IMG/VR virus record: IMGVR_UViG_2858656345_000001 | Length of the DNA stretch: 64,000 nucleotides | Source of the DNA: an uncultured virus (IMG/VR IMGVR_UViG_2858656345_000001) | Taxonomy: Duplodnaviria; Heunggongvirae; Uroviricota; Caudoviricetes | Strand: one strand, 5' to 3' | Shown: positions 1 through 11,409 of the stretch, one piece after another | How the letters are laid out: each line of letters opens with the position of its first letter | How positions within the stretch are numbered: the stretch's first letter is position 1 | Made by a program: the position numbers and the translations under genes | The notes under the pieces: model-generated | Told to the model about the DNA's origin: nothing | Seen by the model: the letters and a program-made list of their open reading frames with translations, nothing else | The model's database searches: none

Positions 1-187
1 TGGTATGCCATGGGAGGAATATTATGCTGTTTTTAATACTCAAATATACAAAATAACTCCCTATTATACAATGAATTAATAAACAAAATACACACCAATC
101 GCCGTGCAAAGGTCTCATTATAGAGGAAAGAGACTAAAATTTTCAAACGCGATCGTCCTGCTGCATTGTCCATTTAGAAAATATTCT

Positions 188-195
188 TATATTTG
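188..195 (+). promoter_or_regulatory. Bacteroidetes -7 promoter box (TATATTTG) of tRNA-Ser
   Basis: Matches TAnnTTTG consensus ~40 bp upstream of the tRNA. Confidence 0.7.
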
Positions 196-233
196 CACCG
201 TCATTAAGAGATGCCTCATGTATTTCTTGATTA

Positions 234-321
<88 letters not shown>

Positions 322-323
322 AC

Positions 324-361
324 AAGGGTGTAAATCAGCAAGTTATGTGATTTACACCCTT
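324..361. terminator. Inverted repeat downstream of tRNA (terminator-like; also contains ACACCC arm-type motif)
   Basis: AAGGGTGTAAATCA ... TGATTTACACCCTT perfect 14-bp IR. Confidence 0.6.
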
Positions 362-435
362 TATTACACCCAAATATTCTATTACAAAGAAAATGCTACA
401 CCTTAATGAGGTTGAATTGAGTGTAAGCAGATTTA

Positions 436-1449
436 TTATTTTATGTTTGATGAACTGTTGCCACGCTTTGGCAAGCGTTTCACCATTTTGTCGAAATCGC
501 TTTCAAGTTGTGCCATTTCTCTTTGGCGATAGATATTGAACTCTCGTTCGGCTTTTTCTATGGCTTCTTGATGCGACACACTGCCCTTACCCTCCAATAA
601 TTTGCGTTGTAGGGAAATGATTTGGTTGTCAAGAGCGGCTATCCAGTCTGTCATTCGCATGGGATGTTCTTCAAGGGCTTGAAACTCGGCAAAGTCTAAA
701 AATTGCGACACAAGCAGGTTGAGCCGTTGCAGTTCGTTTTCAGTGAGATAGTTCTTGGCTACTTTTACATCGTCTTTGGTGATATAGTCCCCCTTGAAAT
801 TGGTCATGCCCACAAAGGGTTTATCACAGTCCACACGGTCATAGATAATCTCGGCAGCGGTATGCTCGTGTATGGCATAATGCAACTTGTTTTGCACTGT
901 CGCAAAAAAAGTGCGTGTGAGATCGGTGCGTGGATCATAATCCACAGATGTGGCGTAGATATCCGTTACCTGCTGGTAAAAATTGCGTTCCGAAGCCCGA
1001 ATGTCCCGAATGCGTTGCAGCAACTCTCTGAAATAGCGATTACCGCCTTGCTTCAATCGGTCATCATCCATCGCAAAGCCCTTTTGGATATACTCATGTA
1101 GTCGCTCTGTTGCCCAACGGCGGAAGCGTGTCGCTACTTGCGATTGTACTCGATACCCAATAGCTATAATCATATCAAGATTATAGTGGTCAATGTTGCG
1201 TTGCACATTGCGATTACCTTCCTGCCGAACTAACAAGTATTTCTTGTGAGTTGCCTCGTCTGCCAATTCCTTGTCGGCATAGATATTCTTGATATGCAGG
1301 GCTATATTCTGTTGCGTAGTATCGTAAATCTCGGCCAACTGACCCTGCGTGAGCCACACATCCTCGTCTGCAAAGCGCACATTCACCTTTACCAAGCCAT
1401 TATCGTCTTGGTAGATAATAAGGTTGTTATCATTCTTTCCCTGTACCAT
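436..1449 (-). CDS. RhuM family (virulence RhuM-like) DNA-binding protein
   Basis: WLTQ..LAEIY, HIKNIY..EL, YNLDMIIAIGYRV.S..ATRFRRWAT, ASERNFYQQVTDIYA motifs. Confidence 0.85.
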   Translation of the reverse strand: MVQGKNDNNLIIYQDDNGLVKVNVRFADEDVWLTQGQLAEIYDTTQQNIALHIKNIYADKELADEATHKKYLLVRQEGNRNVQRNIDHYNLDMIIAIGYRVQSQVATRFRRWATERLHEYIQKGFAMDDDRLKQGGNRYFRELLQRIRDIRASERNFYQQVTDIYATSVDYDPRTDLTRTFFATVQNKLHYAIHEHTAAEIIYDRVDCDKPFVGMTNFKGDYITKDDVKVAKNYLTENELQRLNLLVSQFLDFAEFQALEEHPMRMTDWIAALDNQIISLQRKLLEGKGSVSHQEAIEKAEREFNIYRQREMAQLESDFDKMVKRLPKRGNSSSNIK

Positions 1450-1507
1450 TTTTTATACTGTAAAATATAGCTTATTCCCAAATAATATTTCAAAAAGCTA
1501 ATTGGCA

Positions 1508-4500
1508 TCATATTGTCCCGCCAATACCCTTAAACTTTTCTATGAAAGTTGCTATCTTTTGGAAAACACTTTGTTTCTTCGTTAGATATTGTGGGTTGAG
1601 TAGACTCATCTTTGGGAGAACAGCATTGAGGTCTGTTCCGTTTTCACTGGCAAACTCATGCTTTAATGATGTTTGGATATAACGCTTTGCAGCTTCCATA
1701 TTCAGTTGCTCCTCCGTTATCAACTTGTCAGCCTCTTCCTTTTGCTTTTTTTGCGCATAAGAGAAGAAAGCAGAAATTACATCCGCCTTGTCCTGGATTG
1801 GTTCCAAGTCTGTCTCATGGATAAAATCCACAATCAGTCCCTCTTTGGCTCTGTTTCCTATGCTGCTTCTGATAATTCTACGAACTTCATCAACCAGTGC
1901 ATCTTTATCTTTAGTCTTTTTGTTATGCTCGAATACCAGCTCAAGTATATAGTCTAAGTCTATCTCCTGTGATTTGAGTAGATCCACCTCAAATACCACA
2001 TCGTCCCAGTCTATTTTATATTCTTCTGAGGCTTTTCCTTCTCGTTCCATTCTAAACCAATCTCGAATATCATTATATGTAGAGCGGTAATCTTGTGCAT
2101 TCCGTTCTTGCAGAACATCAACCTCCATCATGGCAGACACTTCTTCGTCTGTAAGGAAATGGCTATTCTTAAATGCTTCCAATGCATCAGGATCTCCCTT
2201 ATCAATCTTTTGCAACTTCTTGAGGTTGGTAAACTCATCATAGTTCTGCAGTATATTCTCTATTTTCAGATAATCACCAAAGAGTTTCACAAAGGCTTTC
2301 TTGTCAGCCTCTGTTGTTATCTCGTCAGGTTGTGGAAACCGCTCTTTGAGTTCTTTCACAATATCAACATAGCCTCTGCGTGCCTCACCCGTTGCAATAT
2401 CAGTGAAACCATTGAGATATTCCTCATAACTCTTCTCAAGCACCACATTCTTTGTGTTTTTGTCACCAAACAGTGTGATGGCATCTATGGTTGCTTGTTC
2501 CAAATCTCTGAATGTAATGATGTTGCCAAATGTTTTGGTAGCATCATAGATACGATTGGTTCGTGAGAAAGCCTGCATCAGTCCATGATAACGCAAGTTC
2601 TTATCTACAAAGAGCGTGTTAAGGGTGGGCGCATCGAAACCTGTGAGGAACATTCCTACCACGATAATAAGATCTACTTCCTGGCTCTTTACACGTTTCG
2701 CCAAGTCGCGGTAGTAGTTTTGGAATTCCTTGCTGTCTACGCCGAAACTTGTTTTGAAGATGGCATTGTAATCATTAATTGCCTTGGTCAAGAACTCTTT
2801 GGCACTACTGTCCATTGCCGTGGGCTCAAAGTTTTCTTCCAGAATATCGCCTACGGCATTCTGCTCTTCATTGGGAGCAAAAGAGAATATCGTGGCTATC
2901 TTCAGTTTCTTGTCGTTATCTTCTTGCAGGTTGTTCAGTTCCTCATAATAGAGTTTGGCAGCTTCTACACTGTTCACAGCAAACATAGCGTTAAAGCCTT
3001 TGCCGTTTCCTTGATTTCGATGTGTCTTTATCCTAAAATTCTGCAAGATGTATTGAGAAACCTCTTTGATTCGATCAGGATGAAGCAAGAGTTTCTTATT
3101 TTCTGCTGCTGTCAGTTTAATTTCGTCTTGCTCGGTTTCCAAATCCTTGAACTGTGGACGCACATCGTTATAATCAACCTTAAATTTCAACACTTTTTCA
3201 TCTCTTATGGCATCTGTGATGACATAAGAATGGAGTTCACGACCAAACACACTGGCTGTTGTCTCTGCTCCCAATGCGTTTTCCGGAAATATAGGTGTGC
3301 CCGTAAATCCAAACTGATAATATCGCTTAAACTTTTTCTTAAGATTCTTCTGTGCTTCACCAAATTGCGAACGATGACACTCATCAAAGATAAAGACTAC
3401 CTGTTGACCATAGACAGGCAATGATGCCTCGCTCTTCATCAGATTGTTCAGCTTCTGTATAGTCGTAACGATAATCTTGTTATCATCCTTCTCTATATTA
3501 CGCTTCAGTCCTGCTGTGCTTTCCGAACCATTCACGCTGTCGGGTGAGAAACGCTGGTATTCTTTCATCGTCTGGTAGTCCAAGTCTTTACGATCTACCA
3601 CAAAAAACACCTTGTCTATGAAATCCAGTTCGGTAGCCAAGCGTGCAGCTTTGAAACTGGTCAATGTCTTGCCCGATCCTGTCGTGTGCCAGATATAGCC
3701 ACCGCCTTCAGGTTTGCTCCACTGTTTTGCCTGATAGGAACTTTTGATTTTCCATATCAATCGCTCGGTGGCTGCAATCTGATAAGGGCGCATGATTAGC
3801 AGCGTGTTACTGGTATCAAACACAGAATAGGTGAGCAGCACTTGTAGAAGCGTGTTCTTTTGGAAGAAGGTTGCCGTGAAATCCTTCAGGTCTTTAATCA
3901 AAGTGTTATCTGCCTTCGCCCAGTTCATTGTAAAGTCAAAACTATTCTTGTCCCGTTTTACGGTGTTAGCAAAATAGCGAGTATCTGTACCATTAGAGAT
4001 AACGAAGATTTGTAAATATTTATACAATGAGCACTCACTGTTAAAACTCTCCTTACTGTAACGATGTACTTGGTTGAATGCTTCACGAATAGCAACCCCC
4101 CGCCTTTTCAGTTCCACCTGCACCATTGGCAAGCCGTTCACTAAAATGGTTACATCATAGCGGTTGGCTTGTGTACCTGTTTGTTCAAACTGATTGATTA
4201 CTTGTACTTTGTTTCGGGCAATATTCCGTTTGTCTACCAAATAGATATTTTGGATATGTCCGTCATCAAACACAAAGTCATAGATGTAATCATCCTGAAC
4301 CTTGCGGGTTTTGTCGATGATGCTGTCGCTGGGCTTGTCCAAGTACTCATCCATGAAACGCTGCCATTCTGCATCGGTAAAGACTGCGTTGTTTAGCGTT
4401 TGCAGTTGCTTTCTCACATTCGCCAACAATCCTTCGGGAGTTGTAAGTGCAGGAAGATATTCATATCCTTGATACTCCAAGTCTTCTATCAGTTCATGTT

Positions 4501-4615
4501 CCAAAGCCGCTTCGGTCTGATAGCCGGCAGGTGGTTCATTTACCATTGAACTCTTGGTATAATTTTCAAGAACGATGAAGTTTTGTAATTCTGCTATAGT
4601 ACTATATTGTGTCAT
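1508..4615 (-). CDS. hsdR: Type I restriction endonuclease subunit R (EcoR124/IC-like)
   Basis: [16 protein letters not shown] nuclease motif, [35 protein letters not shown]; start taken at MTQYS (TAATG coupling with prrC). Confidence 0.95.
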   Translation of the reverse strand: MTQYSTIAELQNFIVLENYTKSSMVNEPPAGYQTEAALEHELIEDLEYQGYEYLPALTTPEGLLANVRKQLQTLNNAVFTDAEWQRFMDEYLDKPSDSIIDKTRKVQDDYIYDFVFDDGHIQNIYLVDKRNIARNKVQVINQFEQTGTQANRYDVTILVNGLPMVQVELKRRGVAIREAFNQVHRYSKESFNSECSLYKYLQIFVISNGTDTRYFANTVKRDKNSFDFTMNWAKADNTLIKDLKDFTATFFQKNTLLQVLLTYSVFDTSNTLLIMRPYQIAATERLIWKIKSSYQAKQWSKPEGGGYIWHTTGSGKTLTSFKAARLATELDFIDKVFFVVDRKDLDYQTMKEYQRFSPDSVNGSESTAGLKRNIEKDDNKIIVTTIQKLNNLMKSEASLPVYGQQVVFIFDECHRSQFGEAQKNLKKKFKRYYQFGFTGTPIFPENALGAETTASVFGRELHSYVITDAIRDEKVLKFKVDYNDVRPQFKDLETEQDEIKLTAAENKKLLLHPDRIKEVSQYILQNFRIKTHRNQGNGKGFNAMFAVNSVEAAKLYYEELNNLQEDNDKKLKIATIFSFAPNEEQNAVGDILEENFEPTAMDSSAKEFLTKAINDYNAIFKTSFGVDSKEFQNYYRDLAKRVKSQEVDLIIVVGMFLTGFDAPTLNTLFVDKNLRYHGLMQAFSRTNRIYDATKTFGNIITFRDLEQATIDAITLFGDKNTKNVVLEKSYEEYLNGFTDIATGEARRGYVDIVKELKERFPQPDEITTEADKKAFVKLFGDYLKIENILQNYDEFTNLKKLQKIDKGDPDALEAFKNSHFLTDEEVSAMMEVDVLQERNAQDYRSTYNDIRDWFRMEREGKASEEYKIDWDDVVFEVDLLKSQEIDLDYILELVFEHNKKTKDKDALVDEVRRIIRSSIGNRAKEGLIVDFIHETDLEPIQDKADVISAFFSYAQKKQKEEADKLITEEQLNMEAAKRYIQTSLKHEFASENGTDLNAVLPKMSLLNPQYLTKKQSVFQKIATFIEKFKGIGGTI

Positions 4616-5724
4616 TATTGTTGTTCCTCCTTTTTCCAATATCTGTTTTCAATAAGATGGTCTAATAAAAATTTCACAGTTTGTTTTTCTGCTGCTGTCG
4701 GTTCTGCTACCGCCTCATTGGATAGTGTAGAATGGCTGGTAAATTGTATAATTCGATTATAATAGGTCTGCTTATCATCAGGCAAAAGGTCTGACCATCG
4801 AGGATAACCCAAAAAATTTGCAGTTTTCTCATACAGATTACGAAGAAGTGTAAAGTGATATTTCTGAATGTTGTCCACTTCTATAGCCTCTTCTATTGTC
4901 TGCTTCAAAAAAAGGTGATAGGAAAAACTCTTGTTAGAATCTCCTTTCTTCTCTTTTAATTCAAATGTTCCATCTTCGTTTTTATCCAACATATAACCCA
5001 CTTTGGAGTTAAGTTCATTATAAATCACATTGTAAAATAATGGATTGTGAGTTGTTATTACGAACTTCAGTTCCTTTGGACTTAACTTTATTAGTTCTGC
5101 TACATTTACGGCTAACTCTATCAAGTGATTTTCATCCAAAGAACTTACAGGGTCATCAATAAATACATATTTTAAGTTATCGAACTGATGTGTAGAACGA
5201 TTTTCCGCTTCCGAAGTACTCAAAACTTCGACGACCTCTTTTAGGAGACTATAAAATACGCACCATATCAGGCTACTTTCTTCACCTCTTGAAATTTTAA
5301 TATTTTCAGTACGTTCTTCGTTCCCTCCATCAATAGAAAAACTTATCTCACTATAGGTTTCGTTGAAACGTGGAGTTAGTTTGTTGCTTGTGTAATGTTG
5401 AAAAAGAGTAATAATATTATTAGCTTGTCCTTCATCTTCCAATACCCAACGTGTAAAGCCATTGGGACGTATCTTCAACTTCCTATTTACATCTTCGTCC
5501 AAATCATTGTCCCAATAAAATAGATCTTCGGTAAAAGCATTGTAATAGATAATCTTTGCAACTGTTTCCTCTTCCCCGGTACCGTCTTCTTGTTTAGGTG
5601 CAATCAGCTCTTTGAAAGTACGCGACAGTCGGGTTTTACCTACACCATTAAAGGCATAGATTAGTTGCACTTTCTTATCACTTTCCCTTAATTCTTGTGC
5701 TATTTCTGCTAATGATTTTCCCAT
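4615..5724 (-). CDS. prrC: PrrC anticodon nuclease (ABC ATPase + HEPN RNase)
   Basis: [11 protein letters not shown]alker A, ISRGEES signature, [12 protein letters not shown]alker B, ITTH, PrrC box [19 protein letters not shown] catalytic motif; located between hsdS and hsdR. Confidence 0.92.
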   Translation of the reverse strand: MGKSLAEIAQELRESDKKVQLIYAFNGVGKTRLSRTFKELIAPKQEDGTGEEETVAKIIYYNAFTEDLFYWDNDLDEDVNRKLKIRPNGFTRWVLEDEGQANNIITLFQHYTSNKLTPRFNETYSEISFSIDGGNEERTENIKISRGEESSLIWCVFYSLLKEVVEVLSTSEAENRSTHQFDNLKYVFIDDPVSSLDENHLIELAVNVAELIKLSPKELKFVITTHNPLFYNVIYNELNSKVGYMLDKNEDGTFELKEKKGDSNKSFSYHLFLKQTIEEAIEVDNIQKYHFTLLRNLYEKTANFLGYPRWSDLLPDDKQTYYNRIIQFTSHSTLSNEAVAEPTAAEKQTVKFLLDHLIENRYWKKEEQQ

Positions 5725-5726
5725 AT

Positions 5727-6347
5727 TTAGGCTATTACTCTATGTTTTGGAAATGACAATATTTCATTTCTGTAATATTCATATTGCTTTCTGCGCAACT
5801 CTATCTCCTTGGGCAAACCTTTACTGATGGAGTTGGTGAGTGTGTCGAATTTATCAAGAATAGAAATAATGCGTTGTTGCTCGAAAAGGGGAGGAATTGG
5901 GATGAGAATTTTTTTGAATCTTTCCTTTGATATATTAAATCGAGTTACGCCATTAGCAGTCTTATATATCTGGTGACGCATAACTGGGGAACGAAATAGA
6001 AATTTCGAAAATTCTGGCATAAGTTCTATTCCTTCTTTGAAACGGACGCCAAAACAAAAGCTATTCAGATATACATTACTTTGAGGCTCTGTCGTGACAG
6101 ACGAAGACATACCCACCTCTTCAGGCGTTTCTGAAGAGCCTGTAAACAATACATCTCCATATTTGACATTATGTTGTATCTCTCCGGTATCAACGCTAAC
6201 CTTTTCAAGTTTATCCAACTTTACGGCACTATGGTTAAAGATATTTTTATAAGGTATAAAATAAGCATCGCCTATTCCAAAATCAACCTTACTTTTGCCC
6301 GTGAGCCCACCATATATTTCTGCTATATCTCCCATTTTTAACCACAT
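5727..6347 (-). CDS. hsdS: Type I specificity subunit, C-terminal half (TRD2)
   Basis: IPIPPLFEQQRIISILDKFD...LPKEIELRRKQYEYYRNEILSF conserved helix; joins the upstream half if one G is added to G7. Confidence 0.85.
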   Translation of the reverse strand: MWLKMGDIAEIYGGLTGKSKVDFGIGDAYFIPYKNIFNHSAVKLDKLEKVSVDTGEIQHNVKYGDVLFTGSSETPEEVGMSSSVTTEPQSNVYLNSFCFGVRFKEGIELMPEFSKFLFRSPVMRHQIYKTANGVTRFNISKERFKKILIPIPPLFEQQRIISILDKFDTLTNSISKGLPKEIELRRKQYEYYRNEILSFPKHRVIA

Positions 6348-6355
6348 TACATTAT

Positions 6356-6955
6356 TTAACCTTTGCCCCCCCTATTTAACATATCGAAAGACAGCAGCTG
6401 GTTACGATAGTATTCATACTGCCGCTTGCGGCAGTCCAGCTCCGCTTCCAGCTCCGCTTCCAGCGTAGTGAACTTGTCAAGGATTTCCACTATTTTACGT
6501 TGGATTTCCAATGATTTTGTAGGATTGTCGGGGCAAGGGATTGGAATTGATATTCCTAAAATATTCGTTGTATGCAATGCAGGAATACCTGCACCAAGTT
6601 GTTTACTCATCAAGTTTTCCTGATTCATTTTTAACAAATGATAGACATACTTATTATCTACCCTGCTTATATTAGGCAGCACAACATAACAGTGAGCATT
6701 AGCATAAAATTTCGTAGTAATAAAATTCACAAAACCCGCAGAAGCACCTCCTTGACTAATTATAGTTTTATTCTCACTATAATTATATCTATCCGTAAAT
6801 CCAGAGTATGTAATCCCTCCGTTATATGCTGGATAACTTCCACTTTCTGTAAGTAAGCTCTTATTAAGTTGTTTACCTTTTTCTAAAGTTGCAACCTCGC
6901 CCAATGGTTTCCAGTCCACCTCTGCACCTTGCAGCAATTTTTCTATATAACTCAT
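6356..6955 (-). CDS. hsdS: Type I specificity subunit, N-terminal half (TRD1), terminated after a G7 tract
   Basis: [21 protein letters not shown] start; [39 protein letters not shown] central conserved region. Confidence 0.88.
   Translation of the reverse strand: MSYIEKLLQGAEVDWKPLGEVATLEKGKQLNKSLLTESGSYPAYNGGITYSGFTDRYNYSENKTIISQGGASAGFVNFITTKFYANAHCYVVLPNISRVDNKYVYHLLKMNQENLMSKQLGAGIPALHTTNILGISIPIPCPDNPTKSLEIQRKIVEILDKFTTLEAELEAELDCRKRQYEYYRNQLLSFDMLNRGGKG
6366..6372 (-). repeat. G7 homopolymer at the hsdS frameshift
   Basis: CCCCCCC on + strand; G8 would give [16 protein letters not shown] in frame. Confidence 0.85.
6435..6464. repeat. 12-bp tandem repeat (2.5 copies) encoding the LEAE spacer of HsdS
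   Basis: TCCAGCTCCGCT x2 + TCCAGC. Confidence 0.85.
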
Positions 6956-8499
6956 GCTTCCAATTTCTTTATAATTCTGTCAATATCTGTACGCAATGCA
7001 TCAATTCTCTTCACCGTCTCCGCCACTTCAGCGTTCAGCTTCACAATGTCTATTACTTCCCGTTTGTCCTCTGCTTCAACGTATGAACTCACGGAGAGAT
7101 TGTAATCGTTCTCGGCTATGCGAGAGTTATCTACCGATGTGGCTACATATGGCACTTCTTCCTTTTTTCCAAAAATATCCACGATGCGGTCAATATGCTC
7201 GGGCAATAACACATTGTTGTTGGTTTCTTTCTTGAAGAAGTCCTCACTGCTGGAATCGATGAACTGTGTCATCGTATCAGTTTTGTGTTTTGACAGAACA
7301 AGAATATTTACCGCGATGCTTGTGCCATAAAACAGATTGGGAGGTAGGGAGATAACCGTTTCCACAAAGTTGTTGTCTACCAGATACTTTCTGATTTTCT
7401 GTTCTGCACCACCACGATAAAAAATGCCGGGGAAGCAGACAATGGCAGCACGCCCACGAGCTGAAAGATAACTGAGGGCATGAAGCACAAAGGCGAAGTC
7501 GGCTTTTGACTTGGGAGCCAGCACTCCTGCAGGAGCAAAACGGTCGTCGTTAATCAGCGTGGGGTCATCACTACCCACCCAGTTTACCGAATAGGGAGGA
7601 TTGGAAACAATGGCATCGAAAGGCTTTTCATTGCCATATTGCGGTTTGAGAAGCGTGTCGCCCAAGGCAATATCGAACTTATCGTAATTGATATTGTGCA
7701 GAAACATATTCATACGCGCCAGGTTATAGGTGGTATGATTGATTTCCTGCCCGAAAAAGCCTTCTTCTATCAAATGTTCAACAAACTGCTTCTTGGCTTG
7801 AAGCAACAACGAGCCGGAACCACAAGCAGGGTCATAAATCTTGTTTACGGAGGTTTGTCCTAACAACGCAAGTCGAGCTATCAACTTTGAAACATTCTGT
7901 GGAGTAAAGAATTCCCCCCCGGATTTGCCAGCATTGGCAGCATAATTGGATATTAAGAATTCATAGGCGTCACCAAAGAGGTCTATCTCATTATCTTCAA
8001 AGTTTCCGAAATCCAACCATTCAACGCCCTTGATGACGGCAGCCAACCGTTTGTTCTTCTCCTCAACGGTGTTTCCCAAGCGATTGCTAGTGGTATCGAA
8101 GTCGGCAAAAAGACCCTTGATGTCATGTTCAGACGCATAGCCGCTGGCAGAACTTTCTATCGCGTTGAAAATAGCTGCCAAATCCGTATTCAAATTAGGG
8201 TTGTTGTTAGCCTCCTTAGCTATATTGACGAACAACTGACTGGGGTAAATGAAATATCCTTTGGTCTTGGTTGCATCATCTTTTATTTCAGGAGTGATAA
8301 CGTCATCGGAAAGATGGGAATAATCTACACCCTCATCTCCAGCCTCTATAAAGTTAGTAAAATTCTCACTGATAAAACGATAGAACAACGTTCCCAAGAC
8401 AAACTGCTTGAAGTCCCAGCCATCTACGGCACCACGCACTTCGTTGGCAATTTTCCAGATGGCAGCTTGCAGCTCATCTCTTTGCTTTGTATTTGTCAT
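6952..8499 (-). CDS. hsdM: Type I methyltransferase subunit M
   Basis: [14 protein letters not shown] (motif I), VSNPPY (motif IV); TATATTTG -7 box on minus strand at 8533-8540 favours the MTNTK start. Confidence 0.95.
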   Translation of the reverse strand: MTNTKQRDELQAAIWKIANEVRGAVDGWDFKQFVLGTLFYRFISENFTNFIEAGDEGVDYSHLSDDVITPEIKDDATKTKGYFIYPSQLFVNIAKEANNNPNLNTDLAAIFNAIESSASGYASEHDIKGLFADFDTTSNRLGNTVEEKNKRLAAVIKGVEWLDFGNFEDNEIDLFGDAYEFLISNYAANAGKSGGEFFTPQNVSKLIARLALLGQTSVNKIYDPACGSGSLLLQAKKQFVEHLIEEGFFGQEINHTTYNLARMNMFLHNINYDKFDIALGDTLLKPQYGNEKPFDAIVSNPPYSVNWVGSDDPTLINDDRFAPAGVLAPKSKADFAFVLHALSYLSARGRAAIVCFPGIFYRGGAEQKIRKYLVDNNFVETVISLPPNLFYGTSIAVNILVLSKHKTDTMTQFIDSSSEDFFKKETNNNVLLPEHIDRIVDIFGKKEEVPYVATSVDNSRIAENDYNLSVSSYVEAEDKREVIDIVKLNAEVAETVKRIDALRTDIDRIIKKLEA

Positions 8500-8860
8500 T
8501 ATCACGATCGATTTTAATTCTAATTTAATTTGCAAATATACAATTTTATGGCGTAAAAAGCGAAGAAATGTGTGGGTTTTAACATGAGTAGCTGGAACTA
8601 TTTAATGTAAAAGCTACAAGAACATATCTTCAGCTATTGTTAGAAGTAATCAATGAATAAAACATTTCTCTAAAAAGTACTCACTTTCGAGTTCAGCTTT
8701 ACATTTCCTGAGAGTTTATGATTTCCTTGCATCTCCCTATACTTCCCGCTATATCCCTGACTCTTGGAATAACATCACAAGCCCTCTACTTTTGCATTGT
8801 CAGACCTGACTGAATGCCCTATGCGCAAGGGCAAGCTATTCATTTCAAAACAATTGAATT

Positions 8861-9169
8861 ATGACGATAAACGAATTACTGGACAAGCCTGTTTGGCAGA
8901 TGACTGGTGAAGAATTACTTTTCCTTGCACAGCATGGTAATATATCCACGAGCAGGGAATTAACAAAGGCTTCTTCCTCCAAAGAAGAAAAGCGATATGT
9001 GTACGGGTTGGCTGGCATTGCACGCCTCTTTGGGTGTAGTCTGCCTACAGCTAACCGTATCAAGCAGAGTGGTAAAATCAATCGTGCCATTACACAAGTA
9101 GGACGCAAGATTATTGTTGATGCTGACCTTGCACTGGAATTGGCAGGACGAAAGACTGGAGGAAGATGA
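8861..9169 (+). CDS. DUF3853-like HTH protein / excisionase
   Basis: PVWQMTGEE...YVYGLAGIARLFGCS..TANRIK.SG...ITQVGRKIIVDADLAL; TACTTTTG -7 box at 8787-8794. Confidence 0.8.
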   Translation: MTINELLDKPVWQMTGEELLFLAQHGNISTSRELTKASSSKEEKRYVYGLAGIARLFGCSLPTANRIKQSGKINRAITQVGRKIIVDADLALELAGRKTGGR

Positions 9170-10218
9170 TGAACACAACTGATTATGAAAACATATGGCA
9201 AAAGTCGCTCATTCATGTAACCGATGAGTTTGCGCTCCCTCCTGTTGTACTACAAGCAGGTGAAGCCATTATAGGCACACTGGGGAACTTCAGTGTATCG
9301 ACAGGTAAGGCGAAAGCTAAGAAGACTTTCAATGTGAGTACCATCGTTGCAGCAGCTCTTGTCAATGGGCAGGTGCTGGAATATCAAGCATCATTTCCAG
9401 AAAGTAAACGCACTATTCTTTACTTTGACACGGAACAAAGTCTTTATCATTGCCAACTTGTGATGCAACGTATTTTGAGATTGGCAAAACTACCGATAGA
9501 CAAGGAACCGCAGAATTTGAAGTTCAGTCATCTTAGGGCCATTGCTGACCCTAACGAACGCAGAGAAATCATTCGCTATGCCATCTACAATACACCCAAT
9601 GTGGGTTTGGTAGTCATTGACGGCATTCGGGATTTGATGCTCGACATCAACAATTCAACGGAGGCAACCAAGTTGGTAGGTGATCTAATGCAGTGGACAA
9701 GTGAACAGAATATCCATATTCAGACCGTGCTTCACCTCAACAAGGGGGATGACAACGCACGAGGACATATTGGGACGGAACTCAACAACAAGGCTGAAAC
9801 AGTTCTTCAAATCACGAGGGATAACACTATGCCTGAACGCAGTATTGTCGCGCCCTCCATCATCCGCTCCAAGCCTTTTGAAAAGTTTGCCTTTCGACTT
9901 AAGGAGGTTGAAGACGATATTTGCATACCCCAAATAGATCTCTCATATTCTGACAATAAACGGAAGTCACATCGTTTCTCCTACCAAGAGTTAAGCACTA
10001 ACGAACATCGAAAGGCGTTGGAACCTGTCTTCTCTACAAGCGAATTTTTGCCATATAGTAAACTTATCGTAGCTCTCAAAGAGGCTTATGCAAAAGTTGT
10101 GGGACAATCCTACGGACAAACTAAACTCAAGGAACTTTTGCAATTCTTGCTCAACAAAGGCATAGTGGTTAAGGAAGAACGAGGAAAATATCGGCTCAGC
10201 CATAATTCTCTACAATAA
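9166..10218 (+). CDS. AAA/RecA-like ATPase (RepA-type helicase) of mobilizable element
   Basis: GKAKAKKT P-loop variant, LYFDTEQS, VVIDGIRD, VLHLNK, RGHIG. Confidence 0.75.
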   Translation: MMNTTDYENIWQKSLIHVTDEFALPPVVLQAGEAIIGTLGNFSVSTGKAKAKKTFNVSTIVAAALVNGQVLEYQASFPESKRTILYFDTEQSLYHCQLVMQRILRLAKLPIDKEPQNLKFSHLRAIADPNERREIIRYAIYNTPNVGLVVIDGIRDLMLDINNSTEATKLVGDLMQWTSEQNIHIQTVLHLNKGDDNARGHIGTELNNKAETVLQITRDNTMPERSIVAPSIIRSKPFEKFAFRLKEVEDDICIPQIDLSYSDNKRKSHRFSYQELSTNEHRKALEPVFSTSEFLPYSKLIVALKEAYAKVVGQSYGQTKLKELLQFLLNKGIVVKEERGKYRLSHNSLQ

Positions 10219-10221
10219 AAC

Positions 10222-10329
10222 CTTTGGTCGGTCGGACACAGGCTATATATACCTGAACCAATCCGACCAAAGAGAAACAAACTTGGTCGGACGCAAAGGG
10301 GTGCCTATAGTGTACGACTGTCTGACCAA
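10222..10329. repeat. Two TTGGTCGG-type inverted repeats; putative replication origin
   Basis: CTTTGGTCGG(10222)/CCGACCAAAG(10263) and TTGGTCGGAC(10283)/GTCTGACCAA(10320), between ATPase and primase genes. Confidence 0.55.
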
Positions 10330-10400
10330 TCCTAAACCCTTCAGCCTCCAAAAGAAAAAGGCTGAGAGTTATTCTTTTCAAACATCAAAACAAAATCACA

Positions 10401-11291
10401 ATGGAAATACAAAATATCAAGCAAATCTCTATCACAGATTATTTGCAACAACAGGGTTATTCACCTGTACGAGTACAAGGAATTCATTTTTGGTACTGCT
10501 CCCCACTTCGTAACGAAAGTACGCCATCATTCAAAGTAAATACAGAGCGTAACCAATGGTATGACTTCGGGACAGGAGAACATGGCGACATCATCGACCT
10601 TGTGTGTGCCTTACAGCATTGCACCATTAGCAAAGCCATCGAACTTTTGGGAGATATAAAACAAGTAGCGCATAGAGATTTTTCTTTTGGCGGTGAAAGA
10701 AAAACCTCTAAGCACAAATTAGAAATCATATCTGTGCAATCACTTACCAATCCTTATTTGTTACGTTACATCGCAGAGCGAGGAATATCTCTCAGCATCG
10801 CTAATAGATTCTGTTCTGAAATTCGATACAATAATACCAATCGAACATACTATGCCATTGGATTTTCAAACGATGCTGGCGGATGGGAAATTCGTAGTCC
10901 TTATTTCAAAGGCTGCATTGCTCCAAAAGCGATTACAACTATTAGTAAAGGCACAGACGTTTTACAAATCTTTGAAGGGTTTATGGATTTCCTTTCGTGG
11001 CAAACGCTAAATCTTTCTTCAACCTGCGACACCATAGTTCTTAATTCTCTGGCTCTTTTGCCACGCATTCAAGAGAAGATAAAAGGCTACAAGCAAGTTG
11101 AGAGTTTTCTAGACAATGATGAAGCAGGACGAAAATCGTTTGAATTTTTGAAACAGTTTTACCCATCTGTCATAGATGGATCTGTTCGCTATCAAACTCA
11201 CAAAGATCTCAACGAATGGCTTGTTTCTCAATCCAAAGTGCAAGAAAGTCAACCTTCGTTACCGACCACGAAGCGTGGTATCAGAAGATAG
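10401..11291 (+). CDS. DNA primase-like protein (zinc-finger-like N-terminus + Toprim)
   Basis: SPLRNESTPSFKV..N.WYDFGTG..GDIIDL; FEGFMDFLS; LDNDEAG; HKDLNEWL. Confidence 0.85.
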   Translation: MEIQNIKQISITDYLQQQGYSPVRVQGIHFWYCSPLRNESTPSFKVNTERNQWYDFGTGEHGDIIDLVCALQHCTISKAIELLGDIKQVAHRDFSFGGERKTSKHKLEIISVQSLTNPYLLRYIAERGISLSIANRFCSEIRYNNTNRTYYAIGFSNDAGGWEIRSPYFKGCIAPKAITTISKGTDVLQIFEGFMDFLSWQTLNLSSTCDTIVLNSLALLPRIQEKIKGYKQVESFLDNDEAGRKSFEFLKQFYPSVIDGSVRYQTHKDLNEWLVSQSKVQESQPSLPTTKRGIRR

Positions 11292-11298
11292 TGTTTAT

Positions 11299-11359
11299 CA
11301 GGGAAGCAGGGAAGCAGGGAAGCAAGTTTGTGTTTTGAGTATCTCAAAACCTACTTGCT
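11299..11359. promoter_or_regulatory. Putative oriT region upstream of mobC
   Basis: CAGGGAAG x3 followed by IR AGCAAGT..GTTTTGAG/CTCAAAAC..ACTTGCT. Confidence 0.5.
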
Positions 11360-11409
11360 CCCACCATTGGGAGATAAAAATCCCGTTGGTCTCATCAAAA
11401 AATAAAAGT

